IMG/VR virus record: IMGVR_UViG_3300017527_001400 | Coordinates: 14,409-78,408 of that record | Length of the DNA stretch: 64,000 bases | Strand: one strand, 5' to 3' | Source of the DNA: a virus | Shown: positions 8,107 through 18,101 of the stretch, in pieces | How the letters are laid out: each line of letters begins with the position of its first letter | How positions within the stretch are numbered: the stretch's first letter is position 1 | Notes under the pieces: generated by a model | What the model was told of the DNA's origin: nothing | The model's input: the letters and a program-made list of their open reading frames with translations, nothing else | Databases searched by the model: none | Program-made: the position numbers and the translations under genes

Positions 8107-8229
8107 GGCAGTGTAGACTTTAACCATCAAGGTCGCCGGTTCGGATCCGGCCTGGCCCTCCATAAAAAAACTTATGGGCCAGTAGCTCAGCGGTAGAGCG
8201 TGATGAAATTAGTTTTACTACCACTGTTC
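8107..8229 (+). ncRNA. YrlA-type Y RNA (circularly permuted tRNA mimic)
   Basis: Order CATCA, AGGTC, T arm GCCGG-TTCGGAT-CCGGC, CTGGCCC-loop-GGGCCAG acceptor, TA, D arm GCTC-AGCGGTA-GAGC, TGATG; closed by bulged stem GGCAGTG..TAGACT / AGTTTTA..CACTGTT; TROVE gene in same genome. Confidence 0.78.
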
Positions 8230-8292
8230 ATGAAGCAATGGAGCGTCCCATTTAGCTCTGTACTTGTAATACAGAAAGCAAATAAAATGGAA

Positions 8293-8322
8293 AGGGCGGG
8301 TCGAAAGGATATTCGGCCCGTC
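8293..8322 (+). terminator. hairpin, possible terminator
   Basis: GGGCGGGTCGAA-AGGATA-TTCGGCCCGTCC. Confidence 0.45.
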
Positions 8323-8717
8323 CATATCACAATCTGAATCCAACTATATCTTCCGGTGCTCGATGATCCGAGCTGTAAACTACTTGGTAATTATTTGCAG
8401 GCAATCATTATTTATGGACAAAACTTAGCTCTAACGCTGGTTGTCAAGCCAGATCGAGCAGGGTAAAGTTGACTTTTTGTTTAGCATTCGAATAGTCAAA
8501 TGCATTTGTAATCGGTTGAGAAAGACCTGAAGGATCAAATAGGTTGCAAGTAGACCGGATATAAAATGGGATGTTGGGGTGAATAGCACAGGGAGGATGA
8601 CCGATGCCCTTATGCATGGTCCAGGCCTCAGCATCCCATCTCAAAAGGATAAAAATGGCAGAATTCATGTTCACTCGCGCGACTAAAAGAAGGCTGGATG
8701 CAGGAAGGAGAATAACT

Positions 8718-9095
8718 ATGGAGCCATGTGTAAATTCAATGTGTACGTTTTGGGATCCTGATCTTTTGTATCAGTGTAATGCTGATTTCTTCATTGAAAG
8801 CTGCGATTCATATATGGTGTCGCCTGACGTGGAGAAGATGAATTGGTTGAACAGGACAAAAAAGCAAGAGCCAGACTGTGAGCTCATTGACAGGGCAAAA
8901 CCAGCAACAAACTATCGCCAGGATATCTTCCATTTTTTAACTGATAATATTCAATCTATTGTAACAGATAAGAACATTATTTACGTCATGGATTCAGGGG
9001 ACTTGCATAAGCTCGTCAATAAATTAAATGATAGGTATAAAGGGAAAATTTTACAAAAGAATTTGCTGAAACACACCATTACATCAGATGTATAG
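8718..9095 (+). CDS. hypothetical protein
   Basis: AAGGAG RBS, Cys-rich N-terminus. Confidence 0.6.
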   Translation: MEPCVNSMCTFWDPDLLYQCNADFFIESCDSYMVSPDVEKMNWLNRTKKQEPDCELIDRAKPATNYRQDIFHFLTDNIQSIVTDKNIIYVMDSGDLHKLVNKLNDRYKGKILQKNLLKHTITSDV

Positions 9096-9106
9096 ATAAG
9101 GAAGCC

Positions 9107-9331
9107 GTGAAAGTATTATGTTTAGATCCTGTCAGTGTCTTCGAAGAAGGCAGACTATATAAATGCGATAATATCAACTCGAGCCTCATTGCTATTTGGC
9201 ACCCTGTTGAGTCAGTTAAACCAACACATGAAAAAGATATCATATCTAAATATTATAGCATAAAAGGTCCAGTAAGATATACCATGTCGACCAAAGTATT
9301 TAAAAAACATTTTATTGAATTTGTAAAATAG
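9107..9331 (+). CDS. small paralogous family protein (C..F..G..Y...F..F)
   Basis: MKVLCLDPVSVFEEGRLYK...VFKKHFIEF. Confidence 0.65.
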   Translation: MKVLCLDPVSVFEEGRLYKCDNINSSLIAIWHPVESVKPTHEKDIISKYYSIKGPVRYTMSTKVFKKHFIEFVK

Positions 9332-9340
9332 GAGAAGCAA

Positions 9341-9703
9341 ATGCCATACGATATTACTGGATGGAACGGTAAACCTGATGGAGGACTAAGCTTAGCATTA
9401 AGGAACATATTGTCGATGCCAGACCTTGTCTTCACTACTAATACTTTTGGAAATATCACTATTAGCGGCCCTCTGCATGGATTCCATATAGAAGGTCTAT
9501 ATAATCCGGAAGCTTTTGAGATTCTTATTGATAAGATAGAGCTCAAAGGCTTGGATAGTGGAAACTATCTTGATAAAATGAAAACTATTTTGACTGAAAC
9601 TACTGGCAAGTATTCAGCTACTCTTATCTGGAACGATGGAGAAAGCATCTCAAAAATCACAGCCGATGACGGCGTGGTTGGGCACATAGAAATCGAAATT
9701 TGA
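9341..9703 (+). CDS. hypothetical protein
   Basis: AGGAG RBS, 120 aa. Confidence 0.7.
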   Translation: MPYDITGWNGKPDGGLSLALRNILSMPDLVFTTNTFGNITISGPLHGFHIEGLYNPEAFEILIDKIELKGLDSGNYLDKMKTILTETTGKYSATLIWNDGESISKITADDGVVGHIEIEI

Positions 9704-9737
9704 CCAAAATAATTTTTCAAAAAAGGACGCGTAAATT

Positions 9738-9977
9738 ATGCCCTACGATTACAAAAAAGATTTTCAAGATCCATATGAAAAGCTCATGTCTGATCTGTTG
9801 GGTCACTCTGGTAAGATGATGATCTTTGAAACAATTGGCTGGACACATGCCTATTTTTGTTCTGAGCTCGATAAGGGCAATGATCCAAGGAAGATCGATG
9901 TTTCTGAATTAATTGCAAAGGCACAAAAGGATTTGATTGATGAAAGGCCGGAGACCACGCCGGTTGACTCGGGATAG
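9738..9977 (+). CDS. hypothetical protein
   Basis: AAGGA RBS, 79 aa. Confidence 0.6.
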   Translation: MPYDYKKDFQDPYEKLMSDLLGHSGKMMIFETIGWTHAYFCSELDKGNDPRKIDVSELIAKAQKDLIDERPETTPVDSG

Positions 9978-10069
9978 ACGCTTCTATTGTTACGGATGTT
10001 ATTTCCCTGAAAGAAGATCTGGTATTGATAGAAGAGATCAACCCGATCGACGGAAATAAAAGGAGAAAT

Positions 10070-10255
10070 ATGAAACCAGCTCGTGTTTTATTCTGGATAA
10101 TTGCGGCTATATTTTGCGGAACCTTGTACTGGCAGATGGTTTCTGATATGCTTGCCTCTGAAAACGGCAAGGTTGTTGCCTTTGGAGTCATATCTCTTAT
10201 TGGAATAGCCGCAGGTCTTGTAGGTTATTATGACAGAATATTTAAATGCAAATAA
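10070..10255 (+). CDS. small two-TM membrane protein
   Basis: AAGGAG RBS; two hydrophobic segments. Confidence 0.65.
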   Translation: MKPARVLFWIIAAIFCGTLYWQMVSDMLASENGKVVAFGVISLIGIAAGLVGYYDRIFKCK

Positions 10256-10418
10256 TTAGAGATATGGTATTTAAGCTGACGAAAATCTCACACGAGATGC
10301 ATCTTCTTGTTTGCAGATACAATATAGAGCCAACACCAGAACTAATGTTTCAAATCAAAACCTGTTCTAACGCCATGGCAGAGCTCAGCGACGAAATAAA
10401 CGATCTTGTGAGGATGAA

Positions 10419-10817
10419 ATGAAATTAAGAAAACACGCTAAACAGGAACTCGATATCCTGGGATGGTCTCACTCCGATTACAAAGACCTTCTTAACCTGC
10501 TAGACTCCCTTGAAAAGCAAAGTCACTCTGTTCAAGAACTACCCTTCTTTCTTGGTGTATTTGCCAAGCTCGCCCAATTCGAACCACTCGCTCCATTACA
10601 AGGAACCAAAGAAGAATGGATGAATGTGGATCTCGAAACCCTCCAAAACAAAAGATGTTTCCATGTCTTCAAGAACATAAAGACCGGCCAGGCTTATGAT
10701 GCTAGAGGCTGTGTGTTCAGGAAGCCCAACGGCGCCTGTTATGTCGACAAGCGAAGCCATGTGAAAATAGTTTTCCCATATACTCCAAAAACCAAATATA
10801 TAGATGTGCTCAAATGA
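10419..10817 (+). CDS. conserved phage hypothetical protein
   Basis: FEPLAPLQGTKEEW..QNKRC.HVFK motif. Confidence 0.7.
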   Translation: MKLRKHAKQELDILGWSHSDYKDLLNLLDSLEKQSHSVQELPFFLGVFAKLAQFEPLAPLQGTKEEWMNVDLETLQNKRCFHVFKNIKTGQAYDARGCVFRKPNGACYVDKRSHVKIVFPYTPKTKYIDVLK

Positions 10818-11065
10818 AAGACACTGCAAGAAGCTATTATGACCAAGTTAAAGACCAATATCCAGAATCTGGGATATTTAGAGCTTGCACCGGACTAACA
10901 CATTTCTTGGTTGGCGGTGTCATGCATACCACTGTTAAGGAAAGTCGAAAAATAAAAGGTTTGTGGAATGCATGCAAAAAGGCAAAACGAATGGCCATAT
11001 GGCGAGATTTTTGGGCACCACACGAAGAAGAAACTGGAATAGCGTTTTGGGTAGAAAGACAATGA
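10814..11065 (+). CDS. hypothetical protein
   Basis: ATGA overlap with previous ORF. Confidence 0.55.
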   Translation: MKDTARSYYDQVKDQYPESGIFRACTGLTHFLVGGVMHTTVKESRKIKGLWNACKKAKRMAIWRDFWAPHEEETGIAFWVERQ

Positions 11066-11289
11066 ATAATTGTGTTTGTATAAAAGCTCGAGATCCATTT
11101 CGCCTACTTCGTGTTTATGAGTATATACAGTCCGATGATATCATGCATGTTTATCATAAAACAGTTCATTTTGTAAGAACCCCGCCAAATTCGCAACGAT
11201 GGGGATTGGCGTATGCTCCAAACGATGACAGTGGATATCACTTTGAAATTGAAATGAACGCATTTTACCATTATTTTAGGAAATTATGA
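11062..11289 (+). CDS. small paralogous family protein
   Basis: MNNCVCIKARDPFRLLRVYEY...AFYHYFRKL. Confidence 0.6.
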   Translation: MNNCVCIKARDPFRLLRVYEYIQSDDIMHVYHKTVHFVRTPPNSQRWGLAYAPNDDSGYHFEIEMNAFYHYFRKL

Positions 11290-11458
11290 ATCTCTGGTGG
11301 GGATATATACACACTAATGATTCAAAGCAGGTGAAGAGGTTTTTCGATTGGCGAGACATCTCTGAAGCCGAGTGCAGTCCTTTTGTTTCCAAGGTTGTGA
11401 AGAAACCCTACTATGCCGAGAATAGGGCTGACGCGTTAATTAAACTCGAGGAGGAATT

Positions 11459-11647
11459 ATGCTAAAACTTGTACTTTACACAATGCCAAAATCAGGACGT
11501 TGGCGATGGAAGCTCATGCGGGCCGATAAATGTCTTGCCCGGGCTGATTATCACTGGGCCAATAAGTCGGCAGCCAAGACAGCCTTCAATGGTCTGGTGA
11601 AAAACATACAAAAGCTAGAAGGTAAGCCCGTCGCAATTGCAGAATAA
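11459..11647 (+). CDS. YegP/DUF1508-like protein
   Basis: GAGGAGG RBS; GRWRWKLM....LA....W.NKSAAK pattern. Confidence 0.55.
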   Translation: MLKLVLYTMPKSGRWRWKLMRADKCLARADYHWANKSAAKTAFNGLVKNIQKLEGKPVAIAE

Positions 11648-11746
11648 ACCGGGCCACCGTAAATAAAATCGACGTAAGCCAAATCACTCAATTTTGAGTA
11701 AAATTACTCATTATTGAGTGATTTTTTGTTTTTGGAGGTACAAAAC

Positions 11747-11977
11747 ATGAATGTTGTCATAAAATTCCTTGCTGTAATAGGTGTTCTTGCAATTATTTTC
11801 GCTGTTTATGCATATCATATGCCGACAGACAGCACAGATAAAGGTAGATGGAAAAGGTCCGGAATGCGTCTTCATGTGGACCAGGATACTGGCATAAACT
11901 ATCTATCTACTCTTAGAGGTGGTCTCGTTCCAAGGCTCCACCCTGACGGCTCCTTGTACATCAGTACAACAAAGTAG
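11747..11977 (+). CDS. small membrane-anchored protein
   Basis: GGAGG RBS; N-terminal TM; VDQDTGINYL motif. Confidence 0.65.
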   Translation: MNVVIKFLAVIGVLAIIFAVYAYHMPTDSTDKGRWKRSGMRLHVDQDTGINYLSTLRGGLVPRLHPDGSLYISTTK

Positions 11978-12078
11978 TACACCTTCCATAGACGAACCCG
12001 AATATCAGCCACAACATCTTGTATCTATTAGTTATTTCATTATAGATCTTATTTTTTTCTGGACTAACACGGAGAGAC

Positions 12079-12609
12079 ATGCTACTATCCAATACACGAT
12101 CAAAGTTGGCTGCCATCGCAACGATCTTGTCAATTATGGGGCTCATAACGTTTGCATTGTTCATACTTGAAGAGGCTATGCAAACGATAATGTTTGGCAC
12201 TTGGGCTGCTCAAGATGCTGGCGATTGGGCTTTGGTTTTGGCTGGTTGCGAGACAAATCGCAAAATCAACAGAACATTAAAAATTGTGAACTATTCCGTC
12301 GGGTGGATTCAACCATTCGCATTCATAGCTTATCGAAGTTATGGAGAAGCAATGGATTTTTACATTGAAGCGCTCGAACGTAAAATTCTGAGGCGGGAGC
12401 CAGGATTATTTATCGGCAAAGAATTAACTTTAACCGTACAGCCCGTGAACCACAAGAAACTTGCCGGTGAATACCTTATCAGAACAAAGTCGAACCTATT
12501 GGTACTGTCAACTGAACAGCTGAGACGGGGTCAAGAAGTCAGCGGAATAATAACAAAGTACAAGAACACTGTGGCATTGACCATAGAGACATCCAAGAAA
12601 GACAACTGA
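12079..12609 (+). CDS. membrane-anchored hypothetical protein (paralog of 28597-28950)
   Basis: TM helix; WIQPFAFIAYRSY vs WINPYAHFAYRSY. Confidence 0.7.
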   Translation: MLLSNTRSKLAAIATILSIMGLITFALFILEEAMQTIMFGTWAAQDAGDWALVLAGCETNRKINRTLKIVNYSVGWIQPFAFIAYRSYGEAMDFYIEALERKILRREPGLFIGKELTLTVQPVNHKKLAGEYLIRTKSNLLVLSTEQLRRGQEVSGIITKYKNTVALTIETSKKDN

Positions 12610-12621
12610 ACGGGTTGTAAA

Positions 12622-13341
12622 ATGCAAGGAGACGCTATGACAGGAAAAGATGTTGCTGTAAAGGAGAAGTACGCAATCATGAACCCGGAACAAAACGTCA
12701 TGGAAATCATTCAGTTGAACTTGGGTGGAGAGGCTCTGTCAATTTCAGATCTCGACACAATCAAGACGCCAGCTGGTGGTTCTACGATGTGGACGATTCC
12801 AACGGCTGGAGATGACGAGATCGTAAAGGAATTCTCTGGTGTAATTATTCACTCCCAGATTCAACGAACATATTGGGAAGATGAATATTCCGGCAAGGGT
12901 CAACCGCCCGATTGTTTTTCAAACGATGCCGTAGTTGGTACTGGCATCCCCGGCGGTGATTGCTGTGACTGTCCGAATGATGAATTCGGATCTGCACGAA
13001 AAGGCAAAGGCAAGGCTTGCTCAACGAAACGTATCATGTTCATCCTCCGAGAAGATAGTCTGTTGCCGACGGTTCTTCGGGTTCCAGTTGGATCCTTGAA
13101 AAACAGTCGAAACTATCTCAGCTCACTTTCCAACAAAGTCCAAGCGATGCACGGTGTTTTCACCGAGTTTGGTCTGGAGAAGGCTACGAATACCGGCGGA
13201 ATCGAATATGCCAAAATCACGTTCAAAAGGACGGGGGTTCTGACACCTGAAGAGGTCAAGGCAGTTGTGGCCTACAAGGAAAAGATCCTGCCTTATATTG
13301 ACCAGGCCGCATCAGTTTTCATACCGGAAGAGGCTAAATAA
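12622..13341 (+). CDS. phage single-stranded DNA-binding/annealing-type protein
   Basis: IKTPAGG, PPDCFSND, CxDCPNDEFGS..GKGKAC motifs; directly upstream of primase. Confidence 0.65.
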   Translation: MQGDAMTGKDVAVKEKYAIMNPEQNVMEIIQLNLGGEALSISDLDTIKTPAGGSTMWTIPTAGDDEIVKEFSGVIIHSQIQRTYWEDEYSGKGQPPDCFSNDAVVGTGIPGGDCCDCPNDEFGSARKGKGKACSTKRIMFILREDSLLPTVLRVPVGSLKNSRNYLSSLSNKVQAMHGVFTEFGLEKATNTGGIEYAKITFKRTGVLTPEEVKAVVAYKEKILPYIDQAASVFIPEEAK

Positions 13342-13350
13342 GGAGCTACC

Positions 13351-15015
13351 ATGACAACATTTCTTCAGGATCTATACAAAGGTAAACCAAACGATCATCA
13401 CATCTTAATATGGACTCTGAAAGGAAAACGCTCCAAATGGTTTAAGACGGTAAAGGAAGCGGAGGACTTCATAAGTGCCAACCCTGATGATACATACTTC
13501 GGGGTTGGCACAAGTATTAAGGACTTCGGACCTTCGAAACGATGCACAAAAAGTAAAATTTCAGGAATTCCCGGGCTATATGTTGACATCGATATAAAGC
13601 CCGATGGCGAAGACAGCAAAGCCCACAAGGGTAAGAAGTATCCCAAAAGTATGAAGGAAGCTCTGTCACTGGTCGAAGGACAGGGCATGGATCCAAGCAT
13701 TATCATAAATAGCGGTTATGGATTACACTGCTATTGGCTATTCGATGATTTCTGGTCATTTGATAATAACGCTGAACGCCAACAAGCTGCAGAGCTCGAA
13801 CAACGTATGAACGCCACGATCTTGAACCGTGCGAAACGCAACGGCATGGCGATAGACAGCGTGTTCGACTTGTCTCGGGTTTTGCGGCCTGCGGGAAGCA
13901 ATAATTGCAAACGCAAAAAGCCTGCTGCAGTGACTGTACAATCAGACAGTGGTAAAAGATATGATCCTCTTGACCTCGAACGTGACCTCGACAAACTCCC
14001 TGACAAAAAAATAAAAGATACACATAGAACTTTCTCAGACATAAAGATAGATCCGGGATTAAAGGTCAATCCAAAGGTAGAGATCAAGGCGGACGATTTA
14101 TTCGAGCTATCAGCACAGCAAGATCAATTCAATGCTACATGGGCAGGTAAACGAGGCTTCAAAAGCCCATCAGAATACGATTTAAGTCTGGCGAATATGG
14201 CTGTAGAAGCCGGATGGAGTGATCAAAAGGTCGTCAACCTGATTATCCATCATCGACGCAAAACCGGAGAGCTTGATCCGGTCAAAATGACTAGAAAAGA
14301 TTATTTTGATCGAACAATAAGACTTGCAAAAGAAGCTGCTAAAAAAAACGAGTTTGAACGGCTTACAGACAAAATCGTGGCAAGCGGGACGATTTTTGAT
14401 CAAAAAACTATTCAAGATGTTACAAATCACATAAATAAGCTGCTAAAACCTCTCAAGTTTGTAGAAATCAGAAAGCATATCAACGAACCAAAAGTAGATT
14501 ATTTTATAGACGTCATTGCACCTGATGGAACGGCTTGGGAGATAAAACTTGAAGGTAGCTTACAAACTAGACTGCTGTTTATAAAAAACCTTCAAGACAG
14601 AACAAATGTACGCCCCAGAATCGGCGTCAAGCAATGGGATGCCTTGTCTCAGGCATTCAGCATCGTTGTTGTAGAGGTTGAGCGATCTCTCCGGATGGAG
14701 CAGATACAAGATGCAACAGTTATCTATGTTGAAAAGTTCATTGCAAATAAAAACGTCAAGCTTAAAGAAGTCTGGTCTTCGGGTCAGCCATTCAAGCATA
14801 AAGGTGAATGGGTCTTAAATGTCAAAAAGTTCCACACATGGTTCACCCTTGCAAACAATGAAGGCGATTACGATCAGAAAAGCCTCAGAGCCGATCTCAA
14901 GGAGGCCGGCTTCAAAGGCATTAACATCTGGCTGGTAGAACATCAAGCAGATGGAAGCTATCTTCGAAAGAAGAAGGCTTATATGAAGATCCCCAAAAGC
15001 TGGCCACTGCCTTAA
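13351..15015 (+). CDS. RepB-type (AEP) DNA primase
   Basis: LYVDID, INSGYGLHCYW, FDLSRVLRPAGSNN, SPSEYDLSLAN motifs. Confidence 0.82.
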   Translation: MTTFLQDLYKGKPNDHHILIWTLKGKRSKWFKTVKEAEDFISANPDDTYFGVGTSIKDFGPSKRCTKSKISGIPGLYVDIDIKPDGEDSKAHKGKKYPKSMKEALSLVEGQGMDPSIIINSGYGLHCYWLFDDFWSFDNNAERQQAAELEQRMNATILNRAKRNGMAIDSVFDLSRVLRPAGSNNCKRKKPAAVTVQSDSGKRYDPLDLERDLDKLPDKKIKDTHRTFSDIKIDPGLKVNPKVEIKADDLFELSAQQDQFNATWAGKRGFKSPSEYDLSLANMAVEAGWSDQKVVNLIIHHRRKTGELDPVKMTRKDYFDRTIRLAKEAAKKNEFERLTDKIVASGTIFDQKTIQDVTNHINKLLKPLKFVEIRKHINEPKVDYFIDVIAPDGTAWEIKLEGSLQTRLLFIKNLQDRTNVRPRIGVKQWDALSQAFSIVVVEVERSLRMEQIQDATVIYVEKFIANKNVKLKEVWSSGQPFKHKGEWVLNVKKFHTWFTLANNEGDYDQKSLRADLKEAGFKGINIWLVEHQADGSYLRKKKAYMKIPKSWPLP

Positions 15016-15039
15016 TTAAATAATACAAAAAGAGGAATC

Positions 15040-15360
15040 ATGGACAAAGCCTTCGAAAGCACAGCAGAACTGTTTCTGCACATCGCTACCCTGGCCATCG
15101 CAAAGAAGTCTTCGCCAAAGGATTGGCTGGAGACAGATGACAAGATGTTTATACAGCTATTAGTTCCCCGGGCGGTGCAAGATGAACTTGGCAGAGTGTT
15201 CAGATCCGCCAAGGACTCTGGGCTTTTCAAAGAGGACGTTGTACAAACCGATATCGAAACAGACCTGTTTATGGGATACCTCATAACAGGCTTGTGGCAA
15301 AGCATTGAAGAAGAGGAAGAAAAATGGAAGAAGATATCAAAGAAATTAGATATATATTAA
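15040..15360 (+). CDS. hypothetical protein
   Basis: GAGGA RBS. Confidence 0.6.
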   Translation: MDKAFESTAELFLHIATLAIAKKSSPKDWLETDDKMFIQLLVPRAVQDELGRVFRSAKDSGLFKEDVVQTDIETDLFMGYLITGLWQSIEEEEEKWKKISKKLDIY

Positions 15361-15623
15361 GCCGAACAGAATCACACCTTGGCGAGATGTTGATGACCTT
15401 CAAGACGGCCCTAGAACCAAGGCCAGCTCCAGTCGAGGATGGTCTTCTTCCGTCGGACTTCCATGAAGGCGGCACCAGCGGCCGGATCGGATGGCTCCGT
15501 GTGGAAAAGGCGTTATCTATTATCAAACAGTCTTTGGCCAGAATGAATAGGATGGATGGTAGTATTAACATAGAACCAGTATTTCAGGAGCTAATCGAGA
15601 CGCTAACCAAGTACCAAGAATAG
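15324..15623 (+). CDS. hypothetical protein
   Basis: GAGGA RBS, overlaps previous ORF. Confidence 0.5.
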   Translation: MEEDIKEIRYILSRTESHLGEMLMTFKTALEPRPAPVEDGLLPSDFHEGGTSGRIGWLRVEKALSIIKQSLARMNRMDGSINIEPVFQELIETLTKYQE

Positions 15624-15640
15624 GATAAAAGGAGAGAATT

Positions 15641-16018
15641 ATGAAATTCGAAGGATTTAAACATCAAGAACACGAATCGGCAGCAATTCAACTGGGTCAA
15701 GCAATCAAAACCATATCAGGCATGACCATGCAGATATTGGCCAAATACGGTCGAAGTTCACTGGCCTACAAGAAAGCCGTTGTTGCGCAGCGACGGGCCT
15801 TTGGGTTACAGGATGAAATGAACGACCAATATATGTTCGAACGAGCGGAAATCTTAAAGCAGGTTCCGGAAGTAATGCACAACGGTTTTCCGGTCGATTT
15901 GTACCTGAATTGGGATGACCACAATGTGGTGGGCGCAGGCGGCAATGACGCTATGGCGGATACCCACAAAGTAGTACCCATCGATTCTGGCAAATTCGGC
16001 GAATCTCAGTCCGTGTAA
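15641..16018 (+). CDS. hypothetical protein
   Basis: AAGGAG RBS. Confidence 0.65.
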   Translation: MKFEGFKHQEHESAAIQLGQAIKTISGMTMQILAKYGRSSLAYKKAVVAQRRAFGLQDEMNDQYMFERAEILKQVPEVMHNGFPVDLYLNWDDHNVVGAGGNDAMADTHKVVPIDSGKFGESQSV

Positions 16019-16059
16019 GGTGCTACATTGTAGTGTTTTTCTCTGGGTTTTGTGAAAAA

Positions 16060-16410
16060 GCGAAGAAAAAAACATGAAAAAAACGACCGAAAAAAAGGTT
16101 GAATTAGTGGAAAAAAAAGTTGAATTTTCGGGAAAAAAGGTTGAATCAACCAAAAACTTTTTTGGGCTATGCTGAATGATATCACAGACTTAACCCAAAT
16201 TAGGCGTTATTCTATATAGGGTAATAAAACAAGTCATATGGTAGGTGGGTGGAGAAAAGGTTGACAATGAATGATATCAGTAGGTTATGAAGAATATTCA
16301 ACTAAAAACACGTATTATTCAACCAAAAAGCAATGAATATTCAACCAAAAAAAGAAAATAATCAACTAAAAAGACATGAAAAAAGAAAAATTCAACCTTT
16401 TTTTATTGTG
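16060..16410. repeat. iteron-like repeats, putative replication origin
   Basis: A-tract-GTTGAA at 16098, 16119, 16140 (21-nt period) and inverted TTCAAC at 16297, 16318, 16340, (16361), 16391; AT-rich, between primase and helicase. Confidence 0.65.
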
Positions 16411-16442
16411 GCGCATAAAAAGAGAAAAAATGGAGAAAATAT

Positions 16443-18101
16443 ATGCTAAATGAATACCGACTTTTTGGGCCTCCGGGGACTGGAAAAACGACAAGACTTG
16501 CAAAAGTGTCAATTCCAAAAGCTGTAAAGAAATACGGGTCTGATGGAGTTGTGGTAACGTCCTTTACAAAAGCTGCAGCAAAGCAAATAATCAGTAAAGG
16601 ATTAGAGGTTGACGATAATTGTGTGGGGACTCTTCATTCTCTGTGCTACAGGGCTTTGGGTTTTCCAAAATTGACCGCCCAGGATAACTTCTCTGAAAAA
16701 TGGAACACGGCATATCCGAGACTTCGGGTCTTTGGGTCTAAACTCGGATCCTTAGATGAAGGTGGTGTGAATGAGCGTGGTGATACTGATGGAGACTCGT
16801 TGCTGTATAAGATGGACATCGCAAGGGCGAAGATGATTCCAAAAGAAAAATGGTTTCAGCCTGTTGCCAGCTTTTATAACAAGTGGACGGCATTCAAAAA
16901 TCTTCATGCTGTAATGGATTTTACAGATCTTATAGAAGAAGTTGTTAAACAGGGCATACCGCCACCCGGAAAGGCGAAGGTAATGTTTGTGGATGAAGCC
17001 CAAGACCTGACGCCTCTTCAATTAAGTTTAATCCGAGGTTGGGGAGAAAATATGGACTGGATCATGCTGGTTGGAGATGATGACCAAACCATCTATTCTT
17101 TCACCGGTGCCAGTCCAGATGCCTTTCTGCAACCAGAAATACCAGACGACAGGAAAATGGTCCTTGATCAATCATATAGAGTGCCCATCTCTGTGCATAA
17201 CGTTGCCAAGACTATTACGAATCGTATTAGATATCGTGAGGCCAAGGAATACAAGCCCAGACCTGAGAACGGAGCTGTTAGATCGATCGAAGAGACATAT
17301 TCTGGCCCAGACGAAATAATCGATGACATCGAAAAGCAGTTGAAATTGAAAAGAACTGTTATGGTTTTGGCATCGTGTTCATATATGATTGAACCGGTAA
17401 GGAAGGCACTGGTCGAAAACAACATGCCTTTCGGCAATAAATACAGGTCTACGAGAGGTGACTGGAATCCGCTCGCAAGAGGCGGTGAATCAAGGACATC
17501 CGCAAGAGACCTGCTATTTACATTCCTATCGAGTGGTTCGGATAATAAATATTGGAATGTACCACAGTTTGTAGCTTGGGCTTCACATATAGGAGTAGGG
17601 AAAAACGGCCTAAAGCGTGTTGTTGGTAAAAAGGTCCTGACTAAACTTAAAGAAGAGATCGAAAAGAACTCAAAAGGTCTCAACAGCACAGAGAACGTTT
17701 TAAGCTTGGCTCTTTCTGATGATGCTATAGAGCCGGCATTGGCCAGAGACGTAGACTGGCTGATGACAAGCCTGCTTCAGAAAAGAAGAAAGCCTCTTGA
17801 ATATCCAATCAAGTTATATAAGAAATTCAAAACAAAAGACATTCTTGAAGGTCATCCGCCAATAACCATAGGAACGATCCATTCGGTAAAAGGAGGAGAA
17901 TCTGATGTGGTTTATCTTTACCCAGATATATCAGCAGCTGCTGCAAGAGAGCAGGCAAATGGCGATATTTCTGAAGATTCTCTGTTTCGATTATTTTATG
18001 TTGGTGTAACTCGAGCAAAACATGAGCTTGTTCTAATGTCACCATTAATGAAGAGATCTGGTAGAGGAAAGCAAAAATTAGCTTATTTTGTAGACATATA
18101 G
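16443..18101 (+). CDS. UvrD/Rep-like SF1 helicase
   Basis: GPPGTGKT, VDEAQD, GDDDQTIY, QSYR, TIHSVKGGE, FYVGVTRAK. Confidence 0.92.
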   Translation: MLNEYRLFGPPGTGKTTRLAKVSIPKAVKKYGSDGVVVTSFTKAAAKQIISKGLEVDDNCVGTLHSLCYRALGFPKLTAQDNFSEKWNTAYPRLRVFGSKLGSLDEGGVNERGDTDGDSLLYKMDIARAKMIPKEKWFQPVASFYNKWTAFKNLHAVMDFTDLIEEVVKQGIPPPGKAKVMFVDEAQDLTPLQLSLIRGWGENMDWIMLVGDDDQTIYSFTGASPDAFLQPEIPDDRKMVLDQSYRVPISVHNVAKTITNRIRYREAKEYKPRPENGAVRSIEETYSGPDEIIDDIEKQLKLKRTVMVLASCSYMIEPVRKALVENNMPFGNKYRSTRGDWNPLARGGESRTSARDLLFTFLSSGSDNKYWNVPQFVAWASHIGVGKNGLKRVVGKKVLTKLKEEIEKNSKGLNSTENVLSLALSDDAIEPALARDVDWLMTSLLQKRRKPLEYPIKLYKKFKTKDILEGHPPITIGTIHSVKGGESDVVYLYPDISAAAAREQANGDISEDSLFRLFYVGVTRAKHELVLMSPLMKRSGRGKQKLAYFVDI

